Below, one piece after another: positions 23,883 through 36,638 of a DNA stretch of 64,000 bases (position 1 is its first letter; every line of letters begins with the position of its first letter). The stretch comes from Novakomyces olei. Taxonomy: Eukaryota. The DNA lies in assembly GCA_016906335.1 (NCBI GenBank), contig JADEYG010000007.1:558001-622000 (forward strand). Direction: 5' to 3'. A program made the position numbers and the translations under genes. A model generated the notes under the pieces. The model was not told the origin of the DNA and searched no databases. It saw only the letters and a list, made by a program, of their open reading frames with translations.

Positions 23883-25353
23883 CAATTGTCGACTGGCCGC
23901 ACTCGGCTTTGTCAATCGCAATCTCCGCCCCAGCTCTGCGGGACAAGGGCGCAATTCTCGCGACCAACGCAATAATGCCGATAGCAAATGCGCTTAATAT
24001 GAGGCTGACACCCATGGCCATAGCTCCTCCTGCCGAAGAGTAATAAATAGCGCTGGAAGCAATGGGGGCAACCAGTTTCCCCACTCCCTGAGCGAATCCG
24101 AGGCAGGGCATAACCTCTAGCGCAATTTCCCTGGGCAAAGTCAGTTTAAGTAAGGCAGGGACACAGGACGCCTGGCTGTTGTAGCCGATGAGGGTCATTG
24201 TGACTCCGACGGCAAACGCGGCCGCTACAGAGAGACGGTTGCTTTGAGAGATAAAGAGGCTGTGTAGTGCGAGTGCGCTCCAAACGCTCAGGCTGATTGC
24301 CAATCCGCAAATGATACATACAAAGCTAAACCCGGCTGACGTCATTTGCGCAGTGTACACGGCCAATTGGTCACCGTCTGCCCTGATCCCTGTCAGTTTT
24401 GCCTGTATCTTTTGTATGGCAATTGTGCCGACAATACTGGCACACAGTGTGGTGAGGAATACAAGGCTCTGCGCTCGCACGCTCCAGCCAATGTCAACTG
24501 TGTAAAAAATGGGGATAAAGTACTGGATAGACGCGGCAATGTAAGCAGAGCAAATTGTGATGAGCAGTAGCAAAGCTGCAGCGTAAACTTGCCGCCTGCA
24601 CTGCCTCTGCTTGATCCAAATCACAAAGCTGAGACTGCTCCCGTCCGCTCCCGACTCTGCCCTTGCTGGCTCTGCCCTTGCTGGCTCTGCCCTTGCTGGC
24701 TCTGCCCTTGCTGGCTCTGCCCTTGCTGGCTCTGCCCTTGCTGGCGGCTCAGGGTTTTCGAGCAAAAAGGTTAGCACGCAGGCGAGGGCAAACAGGTAGA
24801 ACGACAGGATAAACGTGGGTCCATTATTGGCGTTTATTCTGTACCCGTGGAGGGTAAAAGTGGCACGGGACACTGCTACGCACAGCACTTGGCCAAGGGC
24901 CATGTAAATGGCTGCCCATGTCCTAAACACTTGGAAAAGCCGGACTTGTCCTTGCGCATCGGGCGCAATGGCGGGGATATAGCTGTACGCCAAACTGGCA
25001 GAGACAGAGCCGAGTCCAGTCAGGGCTCTGCCTCCAACAAGCCAGCGCGTCGAGTCCAGGCTCCCTGGGCCGCTGCAGGAATAAAGGAAATTGCCTACTA
25101 CGGAGGACATGTAACAGAAAATAATGCAGTACTTTATGTTGCCCACCCGTTTCACGATGGGGCCGGCAATGAGCGACACGCCGCCCTCAACTGCCGCCAC
25201 GGCCGCCTGCATAACAAAGAGGATATGCGGTTCCCGTGAAGGCGCCAATTCTTGAATGTACAGTCCCACGTTCGACAGGTAGAGCGTAGAGTCCAGCGCG
25301 AACTGCGAGCTGAGCAGCGCTACACCCAGTGTTTGGCGCCAGTTTGGTTTCAT
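23875..25353 (-). CDS. Major facilitator superfamily transporter (MFSD8-like/unknown substrate)
   Basis: About 12 hydrophobic segments; motif VVGNFLYS...[12 protein letters not shown]; central loop carries an (ARAEP)6 repeat. Intronless. Confidence 0.8.
   Translation of the reverse strand: MKPNWRQTLGVALLSSQFALDSTLYLSNVGLYIQELAPSREPHILFVMQAAVAAVEGGVSLIAGPIVKRVGNIKYCIIFCYMSSVVGNFLYSCSGPGSLDSTRWLVGGRALTGLGSVSASLAYSYIPAIAPDAQGQVRLFQVFRTWAAIYMALGQVLCVAVSRATFTLHGYRINANNGPTFILSFYLFALACVLTFLLENPEPPARAEPARAEPARAEPARAEPARAEPARAESGADGSSLSFVIWIKQRQCRRQVYAAALLLLITICSAYIAASIQYFIPIFYTVDIGWSVRAQSLVFLTTLCASIVGTIAIQKIQAKLTGIRADGDQLAVYTAQMTSAGFSFVCIICGLAISLSVWSALALHSLFISQSNRLSVAAAFAVGVTMTLIGYNSQASCVPALLKLTLPREIALEVMPCLGFAQGVGKLVAPIASSAIYYSSAGGAMAMGVSLILSAFAIGIIALVARIAPLSRRAGAEIAIDKAECGQSTIEI
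24655..24744 (-). repeat. 15-bp coding minisatellite x6 in the MFS central loop (ARAEP)
   Basis: CTCTGCCCTTGCTGG x6 on the + strand. Confidence 0.95.
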
Positions 25354-25469
25354 AGTAATAACAAAGGCCGATTGCTGTTATAACGATGCTCTTGGTCTGG
25401 TTTCGTCTGGTTAAATCTGATTTAGTCTGCTTTTGTCTGCCTCTGCTTTTGTCTGCCTTTAGTAGTCTT

Positions 25470-25501
25470 GCGGCGATGCGGTGATGCGGCGATGCGGCGA
25501 T
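25470..25501. promoter_or_regulatory. Four CGG triplets at 8-bp period (CGG-N5-CGG), candidate Zn2Cys6 binding site
   Basis: GCGGCGAT GCGGTGAT GCGGCGAT GCGGCGAT lies in the 255-bp divergent promoter between the MFS gene and the TF gene. Confidence 0.45.
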
Positions 25502-25608
25502 ACAAGCGGACACAAGTAATACAAGCGCCAGCAAGTAAAATCAAGAAAATACAGTAAAATGAATGGCAGATAATACGGTTCAATAAGACGAGCAAAAGAT
25601 GGTGGTCA

Positions 25609-27563
25609 ATGGCTGCGGAGGGTGACGGTGACAGTAGCAGTGACAGTGACGAGCTTCGGGCTGCCGCCTGTGTCCGATGCCACAAGCAAAAGCGAAAGGT
25701 AATTGCGACTTGGTCTAGTGCAATTCTTACACTATCTAGTGCGACGGCGGAGCACCGTGCGGCCGGTGCCGAGTGCTGAATGCTGCTTGTCAGTACGTGC
25801 ACGACAGACGGCGGTCGTTGCTGGCGCAGCGTTCACCGTCAGAGCAAAAGAGGAGACACTTGCGTCGTCGGGCGTCAATGCGAGGCCTGAATAAAGGGTT
25901 AGATACAAGTCTGAGTACCAAATTGACTACGAATTTGTCTACAAATCTGCCTACAAATCTGTCTACAAATTTGCCTACAAGTCTGCCTACAAGTCTGTCT
26001 ACAAATTTACCTACAAGTCTGCCTACAAATCTGTCTATAAGTCTGCCTACAAATTCACCTGAAAATCTGCCTAAAAACCTGCCTAAAAACCTGCCTAAAA
26101 ACCTGCCTCTGCCTGCGCCTTCCAGTCTAACCGGTCAGCATGAAGGCGAGACGCTCCTGCAGCTGTGCTTCCACGCACGTGGCGGGCAGTCGCACTCGGC
26201 TAAAGAGCACGACGCGGCGCGTATACTCCGGAACCTGTACGGGTCGGCTCAGACGAACGAGCCTGGAAGCCTTCCCGGCTCGAGCAGGAGCGGCCACGTG
26301 CTGGATATCCACTCGCCGGGCTCTGAGACACGAGCCAGTCTGACGCTAGACCAGTGCCATGAACTGGTGAGGGTGGCAGTCGCCTCTCACTCGGTGGTGG
26401 CCGATGCCTTTATCGGAGACGACTTTTATCGTGCCTTTAGCCGAATGGTCTCCCGGCCGAGTGCCGATGTTTCCTGTGGCGAAAGACTCTACGTCTACTC
26501 TGTCCTCGGGATCGGATCCGTTTTGCAGCAGATGCCCAACGAAACACGCTGCCTCCACACTGCCAGCCTGTGCCTCGCCGGCCTTGCTATCGTGGAGGGC
26601 ACTTTTGAGTGCGGAGCAGCACTAGCTGCCTTGGCCCACCTGTGCATGCAAATGGGCCAGATTGAGGCTCAGGGCAAGTTTTGCCGGGCAGCTTTTGATA
26701 TCTTTTGCGGACTGGGGTACCATCACAACGGTAGGCCGATCAGTGAGAGCAGATTGGCACTGTTCTGGCACGTCTACACGATCGTTTATTTTTACTCGAT
26801 TTACTTTGGCTCTGACCTGCCCGTTACAAGGATCGAGGGGATCCGTGCGCCTTTTCCCTCCACTGCAAACGGGGCGAATGTTAATCTGGTCTACCTGTTT
26901 GCCAAACTAGATCTGATAAGGGTTGTAAGCAGCGTACCAGTTGCTCAGGGCCCCAACTCGTTAGTCGGCGAAAAAGAAAAGGCAGCTGAGCAAGGCAGGA
27001 TTGCCCGTGCCGGGTTGGCTCTGGGCAGTCTGATTGTGGCTATGAAGGAAGCGATCAACGCGCAAAGGTCTTTAAAGGCCACTGACGAAGTTTACCCATT
27101 GATTTATCAGGCTGCCTGTCTCGTGGCCTTTGCGCACATACTAAGACAGGCAGATTATGCTTCAGTAAGGAGCCTCGAGATACTGGGCGATTTGGCAACA
27201 GCAACTGTCCATGGGATCTGGACGCTTCTGTTTGTGGAAAAGAGGGCCTACATTGGCGCAGTTCGGTACATGTGCCAGTACACGTTTTTTGCTGCTCTGG
27301 CAATCATATATTGCCAGCGCAATTGTGGAACAGGACAGCGGGCCAGGGCGGATATAGCTATGGCGCTTGACTGCCTTGCTCTCCTGAGGCAGTATGTACC
27401 CCAGGTCGGGCGCAGTATGGAGATCGTGGAGCAGTTAATGGGGGGTGAAGATTCAGATGGGTCAATGCCCGAGCCGGAACAGGACCTTGATAATTTTTTA
27501 TCGGGCAATATTAGCACCGAAATATTTATGGGGGACTTTATTTACAGCGACGATTTGTTTTGA
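25609..27563 (+). CDS. Zn(II)2Cys6 transcription factor (divergent middle-homology region)
   Basis: Exon 1 (ACVRCHKQKRK) is spliced across intron 25699-25739 to CDGGAPCGRCRVLNAACQY, in frame with ORF 25773-27563. LGYHH...RLALFWHVY resembles the Fungal_trans domain. Confidence 0.88.
25902..26107 (+). repeat. Degenerate 12-bp coding tandem repeat (LPTN/LSTN/LPKN) in the TF linker
   Basis: About 16 CTACAAATCTGC-like units. Confidence 0.9.
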
Positions 27564-28186
27564 TGGTACTCTAAAGTCGGTGGATATCTGGCGTCTGCGC
27601 GTTTAGTTTGTTTTTTGGTAAAAGGTTTGGGTCTGTCTGGTAAATTTCTAGCTGTAAGATCGGGCGCATCGTGTATTAATGGAATTTAATGAATCATCGG
27701 CTTAGCGATAAACTCATTATTCGGCCATAAACACCAAGTCCAAGATCCATAAAAGCGTTTGCAATATGATTCAATTACAAACCTTTCGATCATTAGCAAT
27801 CAAGATTTTGAAATGATTAGTCTAGCTTTGATTCTATAGGGTTAACTATGGAGATCAATGAGAAGACTTTAACACCTCTATAAGTCGCACAAAGGGAACA
27901 TTAACCCTAACCACAAGCTCTTGTACTTGTTATCTCGAATCTGCTCAGCAATATTAGGAGAAGTAGCATCACTAGGCACCACTTGATTAATATATATATA
28001 TATATTTTTTTTATTCATCCGTTTATTTTTTTGTTAATTTGTTAATTTATTAATTTATATCATTTATATTCATTCATATTTGTATCTTATTATTGCTACA
28101 AACACAAGTCTAAAGTCATATTCACTCATCCTATAACACATTAAACATGCAAAAATCCATCAATCGCAGCTCTTCACTTTGAAGCT

Positions 28187-31100
28187 TCATTTTGAAGGCG
28201 TCTCCGTGTACGTTGCGAGATTAATCGTTCTCCGAGCAGGCGCTGTATTACCACTGCTCTTTCTGCTCTTGTTGCTTTTATTGTCTTTATTATCAGCATC
28301 GATCGTCTCCTGTGGAATCGGGGCAGATTGTGTACGGTTTACATAGTGCCCGTACCCCTCTGCGGTACGAGGGAACGCCCGTTCTTCTCCCGAGGCTGCT
28401 AAAAGCCGGTCCATGGCCGCCTGAATGGTGCTCGACCGGCCAACGGGTTTAGTTGTGCTCTTGGCCAAAGTAGCACTCTGCTTTTGTGGAGAAGTTTCAG
28501 CAGCGTTACTTGCTGCTTTGGAAGGCTGCTGTGATGTACTTCCCGCCTGAACAAAAGCGCTCGGAACAGACTTTGGCACGGACTGGTGGGAAGCGGCGGA
28601 GGACACGAGATCCGCTGGGCGGACGTGAGAGATTCCCGGAGCCGGTGAAGGGCTTCTTACATCAATAGACAGCCTTCGTCTTTCTGCCTCTCGAACCAAA
28701 TCTTGAGGGACTTCCTGGCTCTCTATCCGCCAATTGCGGAAGCTTTCTCCAGTCAGTAATTGCTCTGCCAAATGAGCAGAAGCTCGTGAAGAGCTTCGGC
28801 TTGGAGGCCTATTTTCTATAAGCATTTCTTGCTGGTCACTTGAAGGCTGCTGTTGGGGGACCGGCTGGCCTGGAGTTAAGGCAGCACTCGACCCTGAGCC
28901 AGCTGTTGTTGAAGAAGGCAGGACAGAAGAAGAGGAAACCTGCTGATTTGGCTGAGACTCGAACCGGCGTAGGGAATCACCAAACTTTGCAGAGAAATAG
29001 CCTCGAGAACTGCGCCGGGATGAATGAGAATTACGTGAAGATCGATGACGAAGACTATCGAGGAAAGCGACATTAGATTCGATATGGTCGTCCGATACGG
29101 CAGAGGACGAAGCATCCTCAGCCGGCTGCTGCTTGCCCCTTTTCTGTGTATTGGCCTTTTGTTCCTCGTTGCCTTCTGCGCCTGGCTTATGGCCCAGCTT
29201 TACCTGCTCCACGAGGGGCTCATGCAAGGGCTGACAACGGGAGCCTGTTCTGCTGGCCGCTCGAGATGAGGGTACATAAAACCCATCTGTGTCCCGCAAA
29301 GAGTTTTCATACAGCGACTTTGGCTGCTGTGAAGATTGCAAGTTTTGAGCCGTGCTGCGACTCGCCGAAACAGGTTTACGAGGCTGTGGGGATAATGGCT
29401 GCATTGCCGTGGAAATTTGTGGCTGTAAAAATCGCCGTCCGCCATTACGAAGAACGTCGCTCGGTTTGATATTTTTAAATTCATCCTGGCCTTCGTTTGT
29501 TGGGGCTGCTGCCGGTAAGGAAACAGAGACGGAGGAGGAGGACGATGAAGAAGAGTAGTAAGCCTCCTCCGGATCGTCCCTGTACGGCCTGGACTGTGAG
29601 GCAGATGAAACTGTCCGGGAAAGCGCGACACGGGCGCCTGTTGCTGACCACTGCTGAGCCGGCTGAGGAGGCTGTTTGACCAAATGTTCTGTCACGACTG
29701 GAGGAGTCTGAGGCGTAAACTGCATCTGTAGTTCGTCAATCGAAGGGAACCTTTTAGCCACCGAGTCCGAGTCCAGGTCAGCTTCAGCAGGAGTAGGCTG
29801 CGTAGCGTCTTTAACAACTGGCTGGGCCGTGGGTACCTGGCGATGAGGAGGAGGAATAGGAGTGTGTATAGCAGCCGGCTCTGCAGAGGCAGAGGCAGAG
29901 GTAGAGGCAGTCTGCTCTTCTGTGACTGGTCGAGGGGAAGCAGAGGCAGAGGCAGAGGCAGAGGCAAAGGAGGAGAAATTCCCTGAGCTTTTGTTCCGAA
30001 CCGGACGTGGAGCCTCGGCTTTCGGAGTACCTTGCTGCTGTAAACCATCAGGCTTAACTGGCGCACTCGGTTTCCTGCCATGAGAGTAAATGTCTGCCAA
30101 TGGAGGCATATTCACTCCACGCAGACGGCACAGTTCCTTGATTGTCTGGTAAATATTGGGCCGCATTGAAGGCTGCTCTTGTAGCAACACAGCCATGAAC
30201 CGCTTCAGCCGGTCAGAGTAACGTGGCAGAGGAGGGAAAGCAAAAGAGGCATTGAGAATCGCCATGGGTCCACGGTCTTCAAAGGGTGTCGTATAATAAC
30301 ACAGCTTGTAAACCATTACGCCCAATGCCCAAATGTCACTCTTTTCATCAATAGCCTGCCGACGAGTGACGTCAATCATCTCGGGCGATCGGTACTGCAG
30401 AGTTGTGAACCGCTGGATATCGTGATCGATGCGACGGAAATCTTCCTGCGTCGTACCCGGCGGGATCGTGTGGCAGGCACTTCCAAAATCACAGAGTTTA
30501 AACGAACCATTTGAAATGAGTACGTTTTCCACTTTGAGATCCCGATGAATAAGTGGTGGATCGAGGTAGTGCATAGCCGCTACTGCTTCGGCTATATCGC
30601 CTGCAATATGAAGAACTTCTTGCTCAGACAGTCGTTGCTGAAGCCGAGTGTTCATAAAATCTATTAGTCCACCACCTTGGCAGTACTCCATAAGCAAAAA
30701 TACTTCAAAACCACCGTTTTTGCCTTGTGATGCATGTGAGTCTATGTATGATACAACGTGGGGGTGGCCCTTGAGTTTGATCATTGTCTCAATTTCCGTG
30801 CGAACAGAGGACAGTGCCGATTTGTCTGGGACCGTCATTACTTTGAGCACTGCGAGGTTTGTCCCGTTGAAAGGCTGTGTCATTTTGACAACATAAACGT
30901 GTGAGAATCCGCCTGCACGTTAGCGCAAGAACAAGGAAAGTAAACAAATAAATAAAAATTAAATGAATGAATAAATAAATAAATAATTCATTTATTATTA
31001 CATTATTCATTAATAATTAAATCATCATCAATCAACTGAAATCAAAATTTAGAAATGCGGCTAGTAATTACCTTCAGAAAGATACTTCTGTACCACTACT

Positions 31101-31348
31101 TTTTGGGCTCCAACGCGCAAAGGTGTACCTGGAGGAATCCGCCCTGCAGGCACAAATCCCGAGCCCATCATTACCGGCTGCTGCTGTTGCTGAGGTGGAG
31201 GGCCAGGTGATTGCTGATACCTGTTTGCAGGAATGTGCTGCGGTGCTGGCACGGACTGCTGGAAAGCGGGCTGGACTAAACCTGGCACCACGCCAGCGGC
31301 TGAAGCGGGCCCATTCTTGTTGGAGAACTGAGTCGGTTGAGCCGCCAT
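28187..31348 (-). CDS. Ark1/Prk1 (NAK) family Ser/Thr kinase
   Basis: YLSEG|GFSHVYVV across an intron at ~30914-31069. EVFLLMEYC, GGGLIDFMNTRL, IHRDLKVENVL, KLCDFGS, TTLQYRSPEM, followed by a low-complexity tail. Confidence 0.93.
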
Positions 31349-32843
31349 GCCACAGACACCAGTCCTTTAAAACCCTAAATCCTTTTGCTTCCCACAATAT
31401 AAATAATTCAAACTAGTCGTCCAGCGAATTTGACAAGTCAATGTAACGTGAAGATTATTTATCCCTAGCAGAGGTCCTGAAGGTTCCCAAAATAATGTCC
31501 AATCGAATGGCCTTCCTTTTTGAAAGACAGTCTGTGACCAATGGCACGAGCTTGCAACGAGCTTGCAAAATTCAAAATCAGACCTGTCCTTTACCGTGCA
31601 AAATAATCATCGAACAGCTCTAGATCCTATTATTCACTTGCTAACGAATACTCGTCCGGCCAATGTCTCTTGATTCAAAATCAAGCTAAAATTGTTGAAT
31701 ATGCGGACGCAGCAGTACCTGCTTTGTTCATAGAAGAGTAAAGTTTGCCCAAGGACCCTACACGGCGAGACTCTGGCCTTCCCCAGACGATCTCAAATCG
31801 TATTCAGTATTCCGGCAGGATCAATTACCGATGAGCGGCAAGGTAAGCGCGCCCGCGTTTTTCGACACGGCAAACTGTTAAGCAAGTCAGAAAAAGCCGT
31901 TAGCAGAGATCAAAGAGGCCCTTGTGCTTGTAACCTTCAGTGACTGCAAGACGACAAGAGACCAACCGCCGCTCACCGTATAGGCCACGAAGATATTGTT
32001 ATTATTATGAGCCAAGCACAGAATAATAATATAAGGAAAAATCAATGTAAAACTATACGTGTAGCGAGTGATATCGGTATCCGTCGTATTTCTATGCAGT
32101 ACTCGTATATTTACTATTGTTTATTATATATTACTAACCCTATTCAATATTTAATGTTCAATATTCAATATTCAATATTCAATATTATACTTCGTTAATT
32201 ATAATTCATTATTTATTACTGTCTATGAATGAAGCAGCAATTCTGTCCGCTGCTCAATGAATTTGCTACGGCTTAGCCAACCACGCATGTTTTGCCGTAA
32301 TGTTTGAAGTGCCTATTGATATGGAATATCTTTTCCGGGAAAATTAGCACTGCAGCGATTTTAAGACATATCGAGCCCTGATCTCTTGACTGTACTGTCT
32401 TGTGTCTATTTTTTATTTTTTCACTCGATCTCACGTGTCTGTCTCGTCGTGCAATCGGTAGCATTCTGTCGGCCATTAGCAGCTCGGGACGGGTGTTCCG
32501 TCCATTCCAGAATTGAAATTCACCACCACGCAACGTTTGTGGCTTCATAATGCCTTTGCAGAAAATAGAAACGATGAATTATTTTCATATTGCTCTGGCA
32601 TTCAGCTACACGATAAAGCGGCCAAACAATCGTCGCTATTCACGATCCTACAATCATTTACGGTTTTGAATTATCATTTCTCGACACAGTATATATTGTA
32701 TTGTATATACATTATTAAACAAAAATCCTTTTTCGTACACGAATACAGCTAGTCTCCTCCATCAGACTATGGAGCAAAAAGAACAAATCAAAATCACGAA
32801 AATGTGAAGAATGGGACAGATAGAAGTACAAGGAACAGATTGT

Positions 32844-34481
32844 CTAACCAAACAATCCCTTTGTAAACTTGGTCATGCCCGTCTTGACAGCGCCCGTAGA
32901 TTCTTCGTCTGAGATCTCAGGGTAAACCATGCGGTTCAGATCGAGATTGACGTCTTTGAGGGCAATAAGGAACGGACCACGGAAGACGATGCGGCCAATG
33001 GCGTAAACAAAGAGAAGGAGAGGCACAGTGATGTATGTAGAAAAGAAGTTGCGTGCGTTGGTTTCACCGCCCAAAGGCCATACGGCAAGATAAAACTCGA
33101 TGACAAACAGGAGCATGCAGGCGGTGAATCCGACCCATGGTCCCCAAGGATATACAATGCTCTTCCAGGGCAAATCGCTAAATGAGCGGCCTTGAGCCTT
33201 CCATGCAAAGCGAAGACGGATGTGGCACAAAAAGATAATTCCCCAAACATACAAGATACTGAGCGAAGACAGTGAAGAAAACCAGTTGAAGACTTCAGAG
33301 CCGCTGGAAGAAACATTGAGGTACGAAAGACCAAAGGACAAAATGCCGGTGAATACCACAGAAACCCAGGGACGTCCCTTTTTGTCAATGCGACCCAAGA
33401 GATTAGGCGCCATTCCCAACTTTGAAAGGCCAACCAGAGTACGGCTGGCTGCAAACAAGCAAGCATTACCACAGGAAAGTACACTGATGAGAATGATTGC
33501 GTTCATAACATCTGGAAGACCTCGGATTCCTCGGAAAGCAATTACAAAGGGTGATGCAGCTGTGCCAGAGGCTCCCAGCAATTCTTCGTCATATGGCGAT
33601 ACACAGAGGGAAGCCATGAACGAGCCAAGGATGTAAAACAGACCAAGACGAAGCCAGATCGAATTGACCGCACGAGGCACGGAAGTGCGAGGGTTTGCTG
33701 ATTCAGCGGCGGTAATACCGGTCAATTCAGAGCCGGTCAAAGAGAAAATAGTGGTGGAAAAGACGGCGAGGAAACCCTTGAACCCGTTTGTGAAAGCATA
33801 CTCTCTCCAAAATCGGAAGCCAATAGTCTCGCCCGTGGGTCCGCCACCAGCAGTAATGACAATGCAGGCAATAATGATGACGACGATCCACAGAAACTTG
33901 ATGGCGGTAAAGAAAGATTCGACGTGAGCAAAGATCTCAACACCGAAAAGATTGAACAAGAAGAACACAACCATGACGAGAACGATAAAGGCCTCGATTG
34001 GCATTTTGCCATTCGTGTCCCAGTATTGAATTGTGAGAAAAGCACCAGAAATTTCAGCTGGAATTGTAATCATCCAGCTGAACCAGTATACCCAACCAAG
34101 AGCAAGGGCAAGTGAAGGATCCATCAACTTGCGAGTCCATTGAACAAAAGCAGAGGGGACGGGATACAAAATAGCCAATTCTCCGACAGACTGATTCATG
34201 AGAAAAACGATGAATGATGTGATGATATAGCCCAAGAAAAGAGCAACAGGACCGCCTTCGTGCAAATTGGCACCAGATCCGACCCAGAGACCCATACCGA
34301 TACTCGTACCGGCAGTAATGAGGACGATTTGTGTGGTGGTGAGCTTGCGTTTCAGCATATCGTCATTGTGCATAAATGTATCCAGCGTCTCCACCTCACC
34401 GGACGCCGTCTTGGGCTCCGTCATCTCGTCCGAGGTGACATATTCCTTTTTGCCGCTGCTATGAGTCAAGGACGGCTCCAT
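32844..34481 (-). CDS. Amino-acid permease (YAT/APC family)
   Basis: GTSIGMGLWVGSG, GFRFW, FSLTGSELTGITAAESANPR, ASPFVIA, HIRLRFAWKAQG. About 12 TM segments. Confidence 0.93.
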   Translation of the reverse strand: MEPSLTHSSGKKEYVTSDEMTEPKTASGEVETLDTFMHNDDMLKRKLTTTQIVLITAGTSIGMGLWVGSGANLHEGGPVALFLGYIITSFIVFLMNQSVGELAILYPVPSAFVQWTRKLMDPSLALALGWVYWFSWMITIPAEISGAFLTIQYWDTNGKMPIEAFIVLVMVVFFLFNLFGVEIFAHVESFFTAIKFLWIVVIIIACIVITAGGGPTGETIGFRFWREYAFTNGFKGFLAVFSTTIFSLTGSELTGITAAESANPRTSVPRAVNSIWLRLGLFYILGSFMASLCVSPYDEELLGASGTAASPFVIAFRGIRGLPDVMNAIILISVLSCGNACLFAASRTLVGLSKLGMAPNLLGRIDKKGRPWVSVVFTGILSFGLSYLNVSSSGSEVFNWFSSLSSLSILYVWGIIFLCHIRLRFAWKAQGRSFSDLPWKSIVYPWGPWVGFTACMLLFVIEFYLAVWPLGGETNARNFFSTYITVPLLLFVYAIGRIVFRGPFLIALKDVNLDLNRMVYPEISDEESTGAVKTGMTKFTKGLFG

Positions 34482-36324
34482 ATTGAACTGAGTTGCGATT
34501 TAGGTTGACCCACAAAGATTTCTAATGTGTTTTTGTTGTCAATTGACTAATTCTTTTCGTCTCAAAGACAGTTGCCGACTGCTTTGGATTTTTTTGCCTT
34601 CTCAAGCCTTGCAAAAGGATGAAGTGAGTGGAGAAGGCGAGGTGATGCCACCGGTTTTATAGATGACGGTGCAAGAAAAAAGACCCAAGGCTAATTGATA
34701 AGGGACGGGTAAATACTTAAACAGACGTCGTCTATCTTGGTATCGCACTGTACCCTGTCCGTCCTAATCGGGAATATTTAGGGAAGCTCTTATCAATTAA
34801 TAAATTTTATCAAGTAATATGTTGCTTATGTCACTATTTTTATCTAACGAATTACGTTCGTCCCATATGGCCCAATTACCGGATTTAAGCGGAGCCTAGA
34901 GCCTCCAATGTCAGCATACAAATCCCCTGTTCCCAGTTTCAATGGCCTGAAAACATGTGAGAAAAAAAAAGAATATTGATCAATTCCTGCGCAAAGATCC
35001 GCTGATTTTGCCGTTACAAAGTCACGTGTTAATCTGACGATCCAGACGCAAGAGATAAGAATATTACGAAACATGGGTCTCAAAAGTAGAATTTGGCCTT
35101 TATCTGGTAACTGTATATTAAGTCCACTGTATTGGATTTAGATTAAATTCATTGCACACTTGTCTTGTATCTGGCTAGATTAGGCGAATTTGGTCCTACA
35201 CCTAGGCTTTTTACCGCATTAAGTCCAGACCAGTCCGCTCACAGCGGAGGACTTGAACCGACGGTTTACCTTGATCTATCTATACTCCGTGCACCGAGCC
35301 AGAGAACCTAGAACCATAAAAGACGGAAAATAAAAAGTGCGCCCAACTAGAAACCACGTTATTGATTCAACGATTTTTCGCCAACTCGCGTGATCTATTT
35401 ATCAACCTGAGAGAGTTATATCAAAGCAGTTGACCACAGTTGACCAGTATCATCATTATCCTTGAATGAATGGTACTCTATGACGTTCATAGAACGTAGC
35501 TACACAAGTAAATTACGCATTGCGCAAACCATCTCTCAAATTATTCAAAAGCAGTCCCCACATTTTGCTGTGCAGAGAAAATTTAACAGTTACGTAAGAA
35601 ACCCACTTAGATCGAACTCGAAGCAGCCTCCTTTTGTGCCACGCTTTCTATTGCGGGCGCCAATGACCAATCGTTTTAAGCGAGCTTGAATTGTTAAGCG
35701 AAGCTTACATGCTTCATAATCCAGCTGGATGGTAAGACAGTTCTGCATAGTACCTGGTCATTTATAAAAAACACCAAGAAAACACGTTCTACATAGACTC
35801 GACCCTCACACCACATAAAATATTTGATTTGGAACGTTGAACAGCGATTACCACCATTTTATCATTTTGGATATTTATTTTCTTGATCAAGGGCGATCGT
35901 ATCGGTTTGGGTTTGAATATGGTCTTAATACTCAAGAATGACACAGACAATATTAAAATTTCGACTGCACGTTGATCCAAATTTGCAGCACTATAATCGC
36001 GTACAGAGGTTATATGTTCCTGGACATTACTCCAATTGAAAAAACGCGCGTTATCAATTACATAATCGCATCGCGAACTAATGCACTTGTATCATATCCA
36101 TTTTATGGTCGGTTTTGTGAGTTTTATCATTATACTTTTATCATCATCATTGTCAAACTCACTATAACGTTAGAGGGACAGAATATGACAGAATATATAC
36201 AATTTAGTTTTTCTACAGAAAATTTCTGTTTGTGTTCCATTTGCAACAAGGTAAGCATCCAATTCTCGCAGTAGTAGAAGCCTTTGCCAGTGATGAGGCT
36301 GCATTTCGACTGGGAATTGTGCAA

Positions 36325-36430
36325 GCAAGTGATGATCTAATTTGCGATTGATTGCTGTCAGCGCAAGGACCTCGCCTGGCCCTATTTATGCCTACGGTGA
36401 AAATGCTATCGACTATTCGGACTGATCCCG
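36325..36430 (+). ncRNA. Box C/D snoRNA, snR87/U16-like (18S rRNA guide)
   Basis: C box GUGAUGA (36329-36335) and D box CUGA (36422-36425). UAAUUUGCG-A-UUGA (D') is antisense to conserved 18S CGCAAAUUA. It sits inside a GTAAGC...GCTAAC..TAG intron (36251-36532) with flanking stem GGCTGCATT/AATGCAGCC. Confidence 0.75.
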
Positions 36431-36638
36431 CCATTGTATCCCGAGACGAATGCAGCCCTGGGGGCGAGTACGGCGCTTCATAGACTGGGAAAAATGGCTC
36501 TATGTATACGACAAAAGGCTAACATTGTTTAGGGTACGCCAGGCACGGGCAGGATGCGCGTCTACACACAAGCCTATAGGTGAGCCCACGTATATGCTTG
36601 TGTGTATCCGTGTAAACGTGCGGTTTCCCACGGCTGTT

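Noticed and set aside
23358-24043. Poly-KY and poly-IY ORFs
   Set aside because: Translation artefacts of the (TTTATA)n microsatellite.
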